A DNA stretch of 64,000 bases from the human T2T-CHM13v2.0 reference genome, Homo sapiens. Every line of letters starts with the position of its first letter. The first letter of the stretch is position 1. The stretch is from NCBI RefSeq assembly GCF_009914755.1, contig NC_060928.1; one strand, given 5' to 3'. This document shows, in pieces, positions 62,421 through 64,000 of the stretch. The notes beneath the pieces are model-generated. The model made no database searches and had not been told where the DNA came from. It was given only the letters and a program-made list of their open reading frames with translations. Position numbers and translations under genes: made by a program.

Positions 62421-63179
62421 TAATTTGAGTGATTCTAAATTATACGATGAGCTTTGGAGAGAAGGAGATATGTATTGTAATTCTTTTATTCTTACATAGT
62501 CCACTATAGCAAGTAAGGGAGAAAAATTGCACTAAAATCTCATTAGTCCCTCTCTCAACCAAAGAGGAGCTCCATATCTTTGTTCATGGCTTTCTAATTC
62601 AGGGGCTCCAGTGATTTACAACCATTGCCCAAGTGGAGTCTTTAAATATGACCAATCTGTAGTAACTCCTGCTTGATGGGAATAAAAGAATTATAAACAT
62701 GCCATCTCACTTTATCATCTACCCTCTTCAAAGTTATTAGCCAAATTAACTTTCAAGATTCAAGTCGAGACCTAGAAGGTGGAGAAGTTCCTTAAATCCT
62801 CTAACATAAGCCAATATTCTAACCCATTTCCACATTATTCCTAAAATTAGAGTTTGATGCTCAAATCCAATTATATTGGAGTGTGCTTCGGTTTTATTTG
62901 GCGCTCATTACCCTGTGATTTCAACTCTCTTGAGGCCTCCTTTGAGGGAAGGAGGGTGAGTATTAGTTAAATGGGCCTTTATGGGTCCATTAGTCAAATA
63001 CGACTTACTATTTCTAACTTCACCACTATTTCAGAGTAAGCAGAGAGGATCTATTAACTTCTAATTGTAGACTTAACATAATACAAGTTAGTTGCTCATC
63101 AACTACCAACATTTATTATTTGGAAAAAACTGGTAACTGTAATTATGGTGAAGACAATAGCATCTAGAATTTGAGAACT

Positions 63180-63410
63180 TTCCATGTACCAGCCTTTTTC
63201 AAAACCACCTTGCATATGTTCTGTCTTCTGATAGCTCCATCACAACTATGAAGTAAGCATTAGATAATACTTTAAAGAGCATATTTTTATTTTGGGGCAT
63301 GAGAAAACTAAGAAGGAATAATTTGTTTTAGGATGCACAGCTCGTGAGCAGCAGCACCAGAATAAATCTAAGCTATCTGATTAGAAGTAATTACTTCCTC
63401 ACCTACATTT
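63180..63410 (-). mobile_element. MIR
   Basis: 'catcacaactatgaagtaag..catgagaaaactaaga..taatttgtttaggatgcacagctcgtgag'. Confidence 0.55.
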
Positions 63411-63429
63411 TCCTGAAACTGGAAGTAGA

Positions 63430-63480
63430 TTGTTTGGGAATTATTGATTTTGTTGTTTGGGAATTATTGATTTTGTTGTT
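63430..63480. repeat. Perfect 23-bp tandem duplication
   Basis: ttgtttgggaattattgattttg twice, plus ttgtt. Confidence 0.92.
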
Positions 63481-64000
63481 GTTCAAAGATTATTTCCACC
63501 TTCAAGCACATTCATGGTGACCAGTTTCTTACCCTGTTGGAGGACTAAATCTGGGTGTAAAAACTATTTTCATTTAGCAAGTACTTTCATTGTTGAAAGC
63601 TCAGCTTTAAGGTTTTCAGTACAAAGCATACATAGGGTTTGCTGAGGTCACATAAAGGATTTTGCCTGGCCAAACATAAAACCAATTTGTTTATCGTAAA
63701 TTCAATTTTTTAATTATTTGGTTGATTATCTCTTGTAATGGATCAGCTGATGTGTCACTTCACAGGTGTTTGGACTTCAGATTGATCCAGAAAAAAGATT
63801 TAACCCCAGAATGAACATAATATTTATTCATAGAATAGAGTTGATGGAATTTAGTCACAGAACACAAAATGAAGTGAATTCCATGAGGCAGGAGATAACT
63901 GTATCAAATACATTGCCATTTCCAACAATAATACTGTTAGTTCTGATAAAATTTCTGATAAACTATACTGACAAAAAAATACACTGGGTGATCATATATG

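Overview
Hominoid (most likely human) genomic DNA containing the 5' end of TACR3 (neurokinin-B/NK3 receptor) on the minus strand. Coding exon 1 is at 19065-19612, within a CpG-rich promoter region that has a TATA box at 19945-19952. Bases 1-19064 are intron 1 and 19950-64000 is upstream intergenic DNA. The rest is mostly transposon fossils: a truncated and a full-length L1PA, a twin-primed L1PA7, Alus, an SVA, MaLR LTRs, and ERV-L, MER4-group and HERV-S/HERVL18 remnants. All other ORFs in the track are TE remnants or chance. The most notable observations are: (1) an SVA ~2.6 kb upstream of TACR3 whose TSDs enclose both 5' and 3' transduced sequence; (2) a TSD-flanked ~490 bp orphan retroposed mosaic; (3) two neighbouring L1s of different subfamilies sharing seven non-consensus substitutions in patches, suggesting ectopic gene conversion; (4) an AUG-UGA start-stop element and a cryptic splice donor in the TACR3 leader; (5) an Alu-linker VNTR carrying ten TACGTGC (HRE-like) motifs. 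I see no support for a new protein-coding system. Repeat subfamily names come from recalled consensus sequences, not from a database search.
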